Source: Eubacteriales bacterium | GTDB taxonomy: Bacteria; Bacillota; Clostridia; Oscillospirales; CAG-272 | DNA: 64,000 bases | Direction: 5' to 3' | NCBI GenBank assembly: GCA_045540115.1 | Contig: JAZQGR010000075.1 | Coordinates: 74,805-138,804 of the forward strand | Part shown: positions 1-8,181 of the stretch, in pieces | How the letters are laid out: every line of letters starts with the position of its first letter | Numbering within the stretch: position 1 is the first letter of the stretch | Notes under the pieces: generated by a model | Told to the model about the DNA's origin: nothing | Database searches by the model: none | What the model saw: only the letters and a program-made list of their open reading frames with translations | Translations under genes and position numbers: made by a program

Positions 1-1
1 T

Positions 2-715
2 GATATCATCGTTAACAAGCTCAAGGACAGAAACAAGGTAGACGTTGAGCTCAGCAAGCCAAAGCTCGCATATCGTGAGACTATCAAGAAACGCATTCAG
101 GCTGAAGGTAAGCACAAGAAGCAGTCGGGCGGACACGGTCAGTATGGTCACGTTCGTATCACCTTCTCTCCGAGTGAAGAGGAAGGCCTTACCTTTACCG
201 AGAGCGTTGTCGGCGGAGCAGTTCCGAAGAACTATTTCCCCGCAGTTGAAAAGGGACTTACCGAAGCAATGACGAAGGGCGTTCTCTCCGGATATCCTAT
301 GGTTGGACTTGCAGCTGACCTTTACGACGGCTCTTACCATGACGTTGACTCGTCGGAAATGGCGTTCAAGCTCGCAGCTAACCTCGCATATAAGGAGCTT
401 ATCAACGCTAATCCCGTGCTCCTCGAGCCCGTTGGAGCTCTTAAGATAACCGTTCCCGAATCTCTTGTCGGTGACGTTATAGGCGATCTTAACAAGCGTC
501 GCGGCCGTGTCCTCGGTATGGATCATATCGCCGGCAAGAAGGGCTATCAGCTCGTTGAGGCAGAAGCTCCTCAGGCAGAAATGACCGATTATCCGATCGT
601 TCTCCGTGCTATGTCGCAGGGTAAGGGAAGCTTTACCTATAAGTTCGTGCGCTACGAAGAGGTTCCCGGCAACATTGCTCAGAAGATCATCGCAGAGGCA
701 AAAACAGATGAATAA
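2..715 (+). CDS. Elongation factor G family GTPase, C-terminal part (5' end lies outside the window)
   Basis: Frame 2 is open from base 2. The translation contains KHKKQSGGHGQYGHV, LLEPV and GDVIGDLNKRRGRV, typical of EF-G domains III-V. A terminator and an ABC transporter follow, not tuf, so this may be a second EF-G copy outside the str operon. Confidence 0.85.
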   Translation, partial: DIIVNKLKDRNKVDVELSKPKLAYRETIKKRIQAEGKHKKQSGGHGQYGHVRITFSPSEEEGLTFTESVVGGAVPKNYFPAVEKGLTEAMTKGVLSGYPMVGLAADLYDGSYHDVDSSEMAFKLAANLAYKELINANPVLLEPVGALKITVPESLVGDVIGDLNKRRGRVLGMDHIAGKKGYQLVEAEAPQAEMTDYPIVLRAMSQGKGSFTYKFVRYEEVPGNIAQKIIAEAKTDE

Positions 716-723
716 TTAATCAA

Positions 724-751
724 GCGGACTGCCAACGGCAGTCCGCTTTTT
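724..751 (+). terminator. Rho-independent terminator after the EF-G gene
   Basis: GCGGACTGCC-AAC-GGCAGTCCGC stem-loop followed by TTTTT. Confidence 0.85.
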
Positions 752-789
752 CTATCTGAATTTATATCCGAAAAAGTTTCCGAAATCCA

Positions 790-818
790 TTGACATCGGT
801 GCAAATGTGTTGTATAAT
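790..818 (+). promoter_or_regulatory. Consensus SigA-type promoter for the ABC/DUF1854 operon
   Basis: TTGACA (790-795), 17-nt spacer, TATAAT (813-818) preceded by TG. It lies inside the 5' extension of the computed ORF 790..3135, which argues against that extension being translated. Confidence 0.7.
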
Positions 819-848
819 GCATGGACAAATTAAAGGAGAGCGCCAAAA

Positions 849-872
849 ATGGCGGTTATGTGCGATGGATAG
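849..872 (+). other. Possible 7-codon upstream ORF (MAVMCDG-stop) overlapping the ABC start codon
   Basis: The only strong RBS in the leader (AAAGGAGAG, 832-840) sits 8 nt before ATG 849, not before the main ATG 865. The uORF stop (870-872) overlaps the main ORF start. Confidence 0.3.
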
Positions 873-3135
873 CTTGCTTATTAACCAGAAACTGACAGAA
901 GCTCAGATCCAAACCATTCGTTCCTTGGGAAGCGAAGAAAAGCCGATTCGTTTCGCTGTTGTCGGAGAGATCTCAAACGATGCAAGGTACAGCACCTGCG
1001 TGCTTCTTGCTACCGATTCCGAGATATTTACCTACGACTTTGGCAAAAGCGAAGAATCTGCCCGCTATGCATTTTCCGATGTTGAAAGTATATACAGTAA
1101 GCGTATGTACGGAAACGGAATGATGCGTGTAAAGACGGTTGACGGTAAAACTCACGATCTTTTCCGCTTTACGTTTACCGTAACGGCGCTTTGTGACGCT
1201 GCGGCGAAGTACGTGACGGATATCCGCGACGGCGAAAGCCTTGAAGAAGCCCTTTCCGTTATGCAGGCAGTATATGAAAAGCTTCTTTCTGTATGCCCGA
1301 AATGCGGACGAACCCTGTCTGCTCCGGGCGTTCCCTGTATACATTGCATGGACAAGGGCAGGGTGTTCAAGAAGCTTTGGAAATATCTGCGTCCTGAGAT
1401 GTTGATTCTCACGGTGTCCGTCGTGATATCTGTAATTACGACAGCTCTTGCTCTTGTGCCGCCATTGCTTACAAAAACGTTGGTAGATGATATCATTCCC
1501 GACAAAAACCGTCAGATGCTCACGGTCGTGGTAGTTTTCTTGGTATGTATTCACGTAGTCCAGCACTTGCTTGGCGGTATTCGCGGATATATGCTTCGAG
1601 TTTCGGGAAATAAGATAATAGCCCGCCTGCGTTGCGAGGTTTACGAAAAAGCGCAGTATCTTCCTATGCGATTCTACGATAAGACCTCAACGGGTGCGGT
1701 GATAAACCGTATAAGCGGTGACACGGCAACAATACAGGCGTTTATGCTCCGTATAACGCAAGAGGTAGTCGTGCAGTTCTTTACGCTTATCGGTATCGTT
1801 ATCGTAATGCTGTGTATAAACTGGAAGCTGACACTTTATTCTCTTACTCCCGTTCCGCTCGTCGTTATCGGCGCAAGAATATTCAGAAAGAAGATAGCAC
1901 CGTTTTACAGAAGAATATGGCGACGCTCGTCAGCGGTCACGTCGGTTCTGACCGACAGTATTCCCGGCATAAGGGTAATAAAGTCTTATACGAACGAAAA
2001 GCGTTCTACCGAACGGTTCACAAATACCGTTGAGGAATGGCGCAACATAGATACTAAGGCAGGCAAAATACTTAACGCTTATCCCGCGATAGTAAACTGT
2101 CTTATAAGTTGCGGCAGTGTCGTTATATGGGCGCTCGGCGGAAACCTCGTTATTGACGGAATATCGACGGGAAACGGTGGCTCTATATCGGTCGGTCTGC
2201 TTGTTTCCTTCATTTCCTACGCATCTATGTTCTACGGACCCGTAAACTTCTTTGCAAATCTCTCCGACTCGATGCAGAGCGCAATGGCTGCGCTTGAAAG
2301 AATAATGGACATTCTTGATGCGGAGCCTGAGCACGACTTCGGAAAGGGAATGACTGACGTTAACCTCGGCGGAAGAATCGAGTTCAAAAACGTAAACTTC
2401 TCCTTCGACCGGACAAAAAAGACGCTTAAAAACATTAATCTTACAATCGAGCCCGGCGACATCGTTGGTATAGTCGGCACAACAGGCTCGGGCAAATCGA
2501 CGCTTATCAACCTGCTCCTCCGCTACTATGACCATTACGAAGGTCAGATTATGATCGACGGTGTTGATATAAGAGATATCGATATGCACTATTACCGTTC
2601 AAGCATCGGCTACGTTCAACAGGAGCCGCAGATGTTCCACGATACGATATATAATAATATCGCGTACGGTGACAGCTCATTCTCCGCTGACGAGATAATC
2701 AACGCCGCTGATATAGCGAACGCGCATGAATTTATAGTACGTCAGCCTGACGGGTACGATTCTGTTCTCGGAGAACGCGGCGTGGGGCTTTCGGGCGGTG
2801 AAAAGCAGAGAATTTCCATCGCGAGAGCGATGCTGCGCAACCCGAAGATCCTTGTTTTTGACGAGGCGACGGCTTCTGTCGACTCCGAGACCGAGCATCT
2901 TATTCAGGAAGCAATTGAGCAGCTTATAAGCGGCAGAACGACCCTTATGATCGCACACCGTCTGTCAACGCTTTCAAAGGCAAACAAGATCGTGGTCGTA
3001 GATAACGGCGAGATAATCGAATGCGGTACGCCCGAGGAGCTTATGGCTATGGAAGGAAAATATTTCCGTCTCGTCCAGATACAGTCAATGTCCGATAAGC
3101 TCGCTGAAAGCCGTAAGGCTGAGAACTTCGCGTAA
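865..3135 (+). CDS. ABC exporter, fused permease/ATPase (MsbA-type) with a ~185-aa N-terminal cytoplasmic extension containing a zinc ribbon
   Basis: Walker A GTTGSGKST, signature LSGGEKQR, Walker B ILVFDEATASVD and H-loop IAHRLST are all present. Six predicted TM helices precede the NBD. CPKC-x10-CIHC lies at 1294-1347. The start is set at the first ATG downstream of the promoter. Confidence 0.85.
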   Translation: MDSLLINQKLTEAQIQTIRSLGSEEKPIRFAVVGEISNDARYSTCVLLATDSEIFTYDFGKSEESARYAFSDVESIYSKRMYGNGMMRVKTVDGKTHDLFRFTFTVTALCDAAAKYVTDIRDGESLEEALSVMQAVYEKLLSVCPKCGRTLSAPGVPCIHCMDKGRVFKKLWKYLRPEMLILTVSVVISVITTALALVPPLLTKTLVDDIIPDKNRQMLTVVVVFLVCIHVVQHLLGGIRGYMLRVSGNKIIARLRCEVYEKAQYLPMRFYDKTSTGAVINRISGDTATIQAFMLRITQEVVVQFFTLIGIVIVMLCINWKLTLYSLTPVPLVVIGARIFRKKIAPFYRRIWRRSSAVTSVLTDSIPGIRVIKSYTNEKRSTERFTNTVEEWRNIDTKAGKILNAYPAIVNCLISCGSVVIWALGGNLVIDGISTGNGGSISVGLLVSFISYASMFYGPVNFFANLSDSMQSAMAALERIMDILDAEPEHDFGKGMTDVNLGGRIEFKNVNFSFDRTKKTLKNINLTIEPGDIVGIVGTTGSGKSTLINLLLRYYDHYEGQIMIDGVDIRDIDMHYYRSSIGYVQQEPQMFHDTIYNNIAYGDSSFSADEIINAADIANAHEFIVRQPDGYDSVLGERGVGLSGGEKQRISIARAMLRNPKILVFDEATASVDSETEHLIQEAIEQLISGRTTLMIAHRLSTLSKANKIVVVDNGEIIECGTPEELMAMEGKYFRLVQIQSMSDKLAESRKAENFA

Positions 3136-3147
3136 GGGGGAAAGGAT

Positions 3148-3639
3148 ATGGCACGCTATTATATTGATAAATATACAGGTCGCCTTGAACGTACCGATCT
3201 TTATCTCGTTCGCCTTATTAAAAAGGACGGAAGCGTAATTGAGGATCTGGAGCCGAGAAAGCTGTTCCCGTTTACGAACAGCGAAATGTATATAACTCTC
3301 CTTGACAAAAACGAAAAGGAAGTCGGATTTGTCCGCAATCTCGACGAGATAGACGAGGACTCAAGAAAAGTCCTTGAAGATTGCTTCAAGGAATATTATA
3401 TGATACCGAAAATATCCCGTTTGCTTGAATGCGAGGATAAATTCGGGGTGCTTAAATGGACGGTCGATACCGACAGAGGCGTGATTACCTTCCAGATCCG
3501 CAACCGCCACAGCGATATTAAAAAGCTATACGGTACAAGCCGAGTGATAATAAGAGACTCGAACGATAACCGTTACGAGATCCCCGATATCAACTCGCTT
3601 GATTCACGCAGTAATCATCTGCTGTTCTCATATTTATAA
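3148..3639 (+). CDS. Soluble 163-aa protein, DUF1854-like (family name from memory)
   Basis: RBS GGGGGAAAGGA lies 12 nt after the ABC stop. The C-terminal motif NRYEIPDINSLDSRS matches my recollection of DUF1854 proteins that pair with ABC exporters. Confidence 0.6.
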   Translation: MARYYIDKYTGRLERTDLYLVRLIKKDGSVIEDLEPRKLFPFTNSEMYITLLDKNEKEVGFVRNLDEIDEDSRKVLEDCFKEYYMIPKISRLLECEDKFGVLKWTVDTDRGVITFQIRNRHSDIKKLYGTSRVIIRDSNDNRYEIPDINSLDSRSNHLLFSYL

Positions 3640-3642
3640 AAC

Positions 3643-3674
3643 AAAAGCTATGCTGCATAAGTAGCATAGCTTTT
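3643..3674. terminator. Bidirectional terminator between convergent genes
   Basis: AAAAGCTATGCT-loop-AGCATAGCTTTT, with A/T runs on both sides. Confidence 0.8.
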
Positions 3675-3678
3675 GATA

Positions 3679-4806
3679 TTATTTAATATTGATCTCAACG
3701 CCGTTTACTTCGACGATTCCGTCGGCTCGGATCATAATAAACTTCTGTCCGTCGATAACTCGCGTTTCAATAAGATCGGACATATCGGAAGCAAGCTTTA
3801 TAGAAACCTCGGGAGTCTTGACCTCAAACTGCTTTATGTTTAAGATATTCTCAGGAGATACGGTCGCCTTTTCGCCGAAGCTTTGGTCAAACTGCGTTTC
3901 AAACTCCGTAACCTTTTCTTCGTTTATGCCGCAGCTTTTGAGAATATCGCTCATGGTCGACTTTGAAACGGTAAGCGGCTCGGGATCCTTCAGCGCCTTG
4001 TGCTCCTCTACAAGCTGACCGAGGTGATCCTGAACGTCCTTGACGACGTCAATACTGCATTCCTCAGCGATCGTATCGCGGAAAATGTTAGTAAACATCT
4101 GCTTCTGTATCGCAACAGCTATGGGCGCCTCGCGGCGGAAGAGGGCTTCTATAAGCTCCGCTTTGTTATCCTTCTTGTCGCGGTTGTAGAAAAGTGCATT
4201 GTAGATATTCGTCTTTCTTCCGTCGAAAGCAGGGAAGAGAAAGCCCGCATCGGGGGTGCCAATCACCCAGTCGGGAAGATTATTCTTTATCGCATTTTCG
4301 GTAAGTTTGTAGCCAAGAGTTGATTTCGTCATATTGAGAGGGCAAATAGCGCAGATTATGTAGGAGTAGATTTCGCCGCTGTTCTCCATTTTGTTGCCGT
4401 CGGAGCCGTAGCTCGGCACGTCGTAAGCATCGGAGCCGAGAATGATGAGATAATTCCCCTCGCATTTATAAGAAATTCTTACCGATTCAATGAGCTCGTC
4501 AAGTGCCTTGTCGTCTGCAAGCGACGAAGCCTTGAGCGCCGACAGCATCTTGTGCTCGGAGCTGTCAAGAACCTGCTGATTAGTGAAGGCAATGTCAATG
4601 AGATTCTTGTTTAGCGAGCCGGAAAGCACTTTTTTGAGCGTTTTGAGCACTGCCTCCGCCTCTTCCTCACTGATGATGTTGAGCGACTGATCGAATCGTG
4701 AAATGATTTCCTTTTTTTCATTTATAAGAGCGCCGCGAATGCGTGAAATGTTCGTTCTTTCGACCTTGAAGCGGCGCTTGATCTCGGAGATTTCTTTAAT
4801 GTTCAT
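3679..4806 (-). CDS. Conserved hypothetical protein, DUF4317-like (family name from memory)
   Basis: 375-aa ORF with RBS AAAGGAA upstream. The N-terminus MNIKEISEIKRRF...RIRGALINEKKEIISRF resembles the clostridial DUF4317 family. No TM segments or catalytic motifs were recognised. Confidence 0.55.
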   Translation of the reverse strand: MNIKEISEIKRRFKVERTNISRIRGALINEKKEIISRFDQSLNIISEEEAEAVLKTLKKVLSGSLNKNLIDIAFTNQQVLDSSEHKMLSALKASSLADDKALDELIESVRISYKCEGNYLIILGSDAYDVPSYGSDGNKMENSGEIYSYIICAICPLNMTKSTLGYKLTENAIKNNLPDWVIGTPDAGFLFPAFDGRKTNIYNALFYNRDKKDNKAELIEALFRREAPIAVAIQKQMFTNIFRDTIAEECSIDVVKDVQDHLGQLVEEHKALKDPEPLTVSKSTMSDILKSCGINEEKVTEFETQFDQSFGEKATVSPENILNIKQFEVKTPEVSIKLASDMSDLIETRVIDGQKFIMIRADGIVEVNGVEINIK

Positions 4807-4835
4807 CTTGATATTCCTTTCGTTTCGTACACAAT

Positions 4836-4864
4836 ATTATATAATATTTTACGATAAATTACAA
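4836..4864 (-). promoter_or_regulatory. SigA-type promoter for the DUF4317-like gene
   Basis: On the minus strand: TTGTAA, 17-nt spacer, TATAAT. Confidence 0.5.
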
Positions 4865-4877
4865 GTGGAATCAGAAG

Positions 4878-4907
4878 AAAAAAACAGTCGCATAGCGACT
4901 GTTTTTT
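4878..4907 (-). terminator. Terminator of the LytTR/LiaF-like operon
   Basis: AAAAAAACAGTCGC-ATA-GCGACTGTTTTTT. The hairpin is symmetric and flanked by A/T runs. Confidence 0.8.
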
Positions 4908-4994
4908 GTGTTACGCTCTCGTGATAAGTATTAAGCTGATCTTGTTTTAGCGATTAATGAAAATGGTCTTATCCGTGGTGCCTTGTTCCCATTC

Positions 4995-5735
4995 TTATAC
5001 TCTTTTTATATTGACGGCACCGAGCTCGTTGTGACCCTCAATGAAGATAGTCTTGCCTGTGCTTTCGTTGCCCTCGGGGTTCGTCAAAGCTCCAAGCTCA
5101 TTTTTTATGTTGGTCACGATGTTCCACTCACTTGGAACGTTTATATTCATAGCTCCAAGCTCGTTATGCACGAGCAGAGTCATACCGCCTTTATAGCTTT
5201 CAACGTTTGAAAAATAAACGTTGCAGGCGCCAAGCTCATTCCTGACGGTGACGGTGTCTTCTTCTGCGGAGCAGTCAACATAGATCGTAGAAGCTGTGCC
5301 GCGTGAGGTCTTATGACTTGCTGATTTCGTAAATTTCTTCGTTATTCTTCTTTTCGGAGCGATAAGCTTCGCGCCGATGCAAAAGAGAAGCGCACAAAGG
5401 AAAACGAGCCAGTTGTTGATTATGTTGTTTTTTTCAATCCCGCACCAGCCTGCGATATACTTTTCAAGAAGCATAAAAATGAACGCGATTGGGAAGAAGA
5501 TCTCCGAAAGCTTCAGTTTTATTATTTCATCAATTAGCCAGATTAGGTTTATGACCGTAAGTATCATTACCCACGCGGGAATGCCGCTCAGAAATCCGAG
5601 AGAGACACCGACGGCATCGAGAATTATGAGAACTGCGCAAGCGATAAAGAGAAGCCCGAAAACAACTCGGTTTGCCGACAGCTTGAAGTGGAAGGTGTTT
5701 CCTTTTTTAGTTACGTAATCCTTTTCGTATTCCAT
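4995..5735 (-). CDS. Membrane protein with a LiaF-like (DUF2154-type) C-terminal repeat domain
   Basis: The N-terminal half has about 4 TM helices. The C-terminal 80 aa carries four NELGA repeats. Its RBS GAGGT lies within the last codons of the upstream LytTR gene. Confidence 0.7.
   Translation of the reverse strand: MEYEKDYVTKKGNTFHFKLSANRVVFGLLFIACAVLIILDAVGVSLGFLSGIPAWVMILTVINLIWLIDEIIKLKLSEIFFPIAFIFMLLEKYIAGWCGIEKNNIINNWLVFLCALLFCIGAKLIAPKRRITKKFTKSASHKTSRGTASTIYVDCSAEEDTVTVRNELGACNVYFSNVESYKGGMTLLVHNELGAMNINVPSEWNIVTNIKNELGALTNPEGNESTGKTIFIEGHNELGAVNIKRV
4998..5240 (-). repeat. Four in-frame NELGA-containing repeat units (21-25 aa spacing) inside the LiaF-like CDS
   Basis: The protein reads NELGAC..., NELGAM..., NELGAL..., NELGAV.... 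The DNA shows recurring AAxGAGCTxGG. Confidence 0.8.
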
Positions 5736-5737
5736 AT

Positions 5738-6190
5738 TTATAACCTCGTTTCATTCATTCTTTCCATAAACATTTTGTAATAGCTTCTTGATAAATACGC
5801 CTTTTTCGGCGTTGACCGGAAGGAAATCTCCGACGGGCCGGCAAGGTTTTTTCTGACAGAATAGACCTCGCGGCAGTTTATAAGTGTCGACTTCGACGCT
5901 CGGCAAAAGACAGGAGAAAGTATCTTTTCAAGCTCAAAAAGCTTATACGCCGAGTTTAATACCTTGTCCTTGGTGTGACAGACGGTTCGCCCCTCAAAGC
6001 TTTCGCAGAAGACGATCTCCTTTATCGGGATGAAATACTGGGTTTCACCCGATGAGAGCAAAAGCGAATCGTTATGACCGATCGCATTTTTGATAAGGTC
6101 TTCCAAAAAAACGACGTTGTCGGTTCTCTCTCTGCAGGAAATAACGACCTCATCTTCGCCGCTGTCGCTAATAACTGTACGCAGCTTCAT
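5738..6190 (-). CDS. LytTR-family DNA-binding protein without a receiver domain
   Basis: LytTR-like segment ETQYFIPIKEIVFCESFEGRTVCHTKDKV...RASKSTLINCREV. The start is set at ATG 6190, preceded by AAAGGAGGG; the ORF track extends it to 6232. Confidence 0.75.
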   Translation of the reverse strand: MKLRTVISDSGEDEVVISCRERTDNVVFLEDLIKNAIGHNDSLLLSSGETQYFIPIKEIVFCESFEGRTVCHTKDKVLNSAYKLFELEKILSPVFCRASKSTLINCREVYSVRKNLAGPSEISFRSTPKKAYLSRSYYKMFMERMNETRL

Positions 6191-6384
6191 TTCATCCCTC
6201 CTTTGCTGATTAAATGATAACATAAACGACAAAAAAAGTAAATAATTTATTCTTAACAGGTTAAAAATTGCAACCGACAGGTAAAAATAACGTCGAAAAC
6301 CAACATTTTTCTCGTATTTTGCAAATTGAAAAGCACAAAATAACCGTGCGGCACAAAGCCGCGAAAAATATGCGGAGGAACAGA

Positions 6385-7200
6385 ATGAAAATCAAGGTCA
6401 TATTGTCGCTTTTGCTGGCTTTTGCTTTACCGATTATCGGTTACGCGTCAGGCGGCTCTGTTTTAAACGCTTTAAGTAATTCGAACTGCTTAAGCTGGTA
6501 CTGCAAAAAAAGTGAAAGCGGAAATCCGCCTCCGCTTCCGTCGGAGTTTTCATTTATCAAGGAATACGGCGGATACTATCTTGACGAAGACGCGACGGAC
6601 GACGATAAGGTAATTTATCTCACCTTTGACTGCGGATATGAAAACGGAAATATTGAAAAGATACTCGATACTCTGAAAAGGCATGACGCAAGCGGCGCTT
6701 TCTTCGTTTTGAAAAATTTAATAAAAAAGAATCCCGAACTTGTAACACGAATGGTAAACGAGGGGCATCTTGTCTGTAATCACACGTCAAATCATAAGGA
6801 TATGACGAAAATGGCGTCTATCGAGGATTTCAAATCGGAGCTTGATGAGCTTAACGGCGTAATGCTTGATACGGTCGGTCACAGTCTATGCCCGTTTTAC
6901 CGTCCGCCTGAGGGTAAATTCAATCTCGAAAACCTCAAATGGGCATCCGATCTTGGATATAAAACGATTTTCTGGAGCTGTGCCTACGACGACTGGGACA
7001 ATAACAGGCAAATGTCAAGTGATAAGGCGATGAATAAGCTTATGAGTCGGCTTCACAACGGAGAAGTGTTGCTTCTTCATCCGACGTCAAGCACGAATGC
7101 CGCAATTCTCGATGAGTTTTTAACAACTCTTGAGGACATGGGCTATCGCTTCGGAAATCTCTATGAGCTGACAGGCAACTCGATGATTGAGCCACGCTAA
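6385..7200 (+). CDS. pdaA: Polysaccharide deacetylase, PdaA-like (delta-lactam-biosynthetic de-N-acetylase family)
   Basis: YLTFDCGYENGN, GAFFVLKN and EGHLVCNHTSNHKDMTKM resemble B. subtilis PdaA. Signal peptide MKIKVILSLLLAFALPIIGYASG. RBS GGAGGAA lies 4 nt before ATG 6385. Confidence 0.75.
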   Translation: MKIKVILSLLLAFALPIIGYASGGSVLNALSNSNCLSWYCKKSESGNPPPLPSEFSFIKEYGGYYLDEDATDDDKVIYLTFDCGYENGNIEKILDTLKRHDASGAFFVLKNLIKKNPELVTRMVNEGHLVCNHTSNHKDMTKMASIEDFKSELDELNGVMLDTVGHSLCPFYRPPEGKFNLENLKWASDLGYKTIFWSCAYDDWDNNRQMSSDKAMNKLMSRLHNGEVLLLHPTSSTNAAILDEFLTTLEDMGYRFGNLYELTGNSMIEPR

Positions 7201-7205
7201 AAGAA

Positions 7206-7231
7206 GATCCCTCGGCAATTGCCGAGGGATC
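7206..7231. terminator. Perfect 26-nt palindrome between convergent genes (probable bidirectional terminator)
   Basis: GATCCCTCGGC-AATT-GCCGAGGGATC. There is no long U-tract. Confidence 0.55.
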
Positions 7232-7239
7232 ATTATGTA

Positions 7240-8181
7240 TTATGCGGCAGGGCGGAGAAGAGTGACCTTTTCACCGTCGCTTGAAAAAATTATGTTTCCG
7301 ACCTTGTCGGTACGGAAATATGTAATACCGAGCTTGTTAAGGGAATTTATCGTTTCGGTGTGCGGATGACCGTAGGAATTGTCCTTACCGCAGCTGATAA
7401 TGGCGTATTTCGGCTTTATCGCGCTTAGAAAATCGAACGAAGTCGAGGTGCTTGCGCCGTGATGACCGACCTTCAGAACGTCCGCGCGAAATTCGGCTTC
7501 GGAATACTCCTTCAGCATATCCTTTTCGGAAGGTTCCTCTGCGTCGCCCGTGAACATAAACGAGGTCTTTCCGTAGTCGAGACGGAGGACTATGCTCATA
7601 TTATTGAGGTCGTCTGTCTTTTTAATCGGACCGAGGATCTTCATATTTGCGTTTCCGAGAGAAATGATCTCGCCTGCCTTTGCAATATGTATTGGTATAT
7701 CTTTCTTGTCAATAGTTAAAAGAAGCTTCTCAAAGGTTGCTGTGTCGGTCGTAACATCGGGCATTACGACCTTTCCGATAACAAGCGCTTCGACGATCTT
7801 CTGCGCACTTCCGATATGATCGGCGTGCGGATGAGTGAGCACAAAATAATCGATCCGAGCTACTTTTTGATTTGACAGATACTCAAGAATACTGTCAGCT
7901 TCATCCTTGACCGAGGCATCAATGAGAACCGTTTTTCCGCTTGGGAGAACGATCAGCGAGCAGTCGCCCTGTCCAACGTCAAGAAAGTGAGCAGCCATCT
8001 CGCCGTCCGGAACGGTTATCTCCCTCGGCTCCTCAATAAACGGGAGGTATTTTGAGAGAAATTCCCAAGCGCCGGGTATCGTCTTAAGCGCGACTGCGCC
8101 CAAGATCAAGAGTATTACTACGAAAAGGAACCGAAGTCCCTTTTGCTTGTTCTTTTTGCTTCTTGTTTTCTTTTTAGCCAT
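7240..8181 (-). CDS. Membrane-anchored MBL-fold metallo-hydrolase (ComEC C-terminal-domain type)
   Basis: HFLDVGQGDCSLIV, THPHADHIG and VGHHG motifs, plus an N-terminal TM anchor. The start is set at ATG 8181, with an AAAGGA RBS. Confidence 0.75.
   Translation of the reverse strand: MAKKKTRSKKNKQKGLRFLFVVILLILGAVALKTIPGAWEFLSKYLPFIEEPREITVPDGEMAAHFLDVGQGDCSLIVLPSGKTVLIDASVKDEADSILEYLSNQKVARIDYFVLTHPHADHIGSAQKIVEALVIGKVVMPDVTTDTATFEKLLLTIDKKDIPIHIAKAGEIISLGNANMKILGPIKKTDDLNNMSIVLRLDYGKTSFMFTGDAEEPSEKDMLKEYSEAEFRADVLKVGHHGASTSTSFDFLSAIKPKYAIISCGKDNSYGHPHTETINSLNKLGITYFRTDKVGNIIFSSDGEKVTLLRPAA

Noticed and set aside
790-864. 5' extension of the ABC ORF (TTG 790, MTSVQMCCIMHGQIKGERQKWRLCA).
   Set aside because: The extension contains a textbook TTGACA-17-TATAAT promoter, so it is most likely untranscribed or untranslated leader.
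7206-7231. A perfect 26-nt palindrome (GATCCCTCGGCAATTGCCGAGGGATC) that could be a protein operator.
   Set aside because: It sits exactly between two convergent stop codons, where a transcription terminator hairpin is the simplest explanation.
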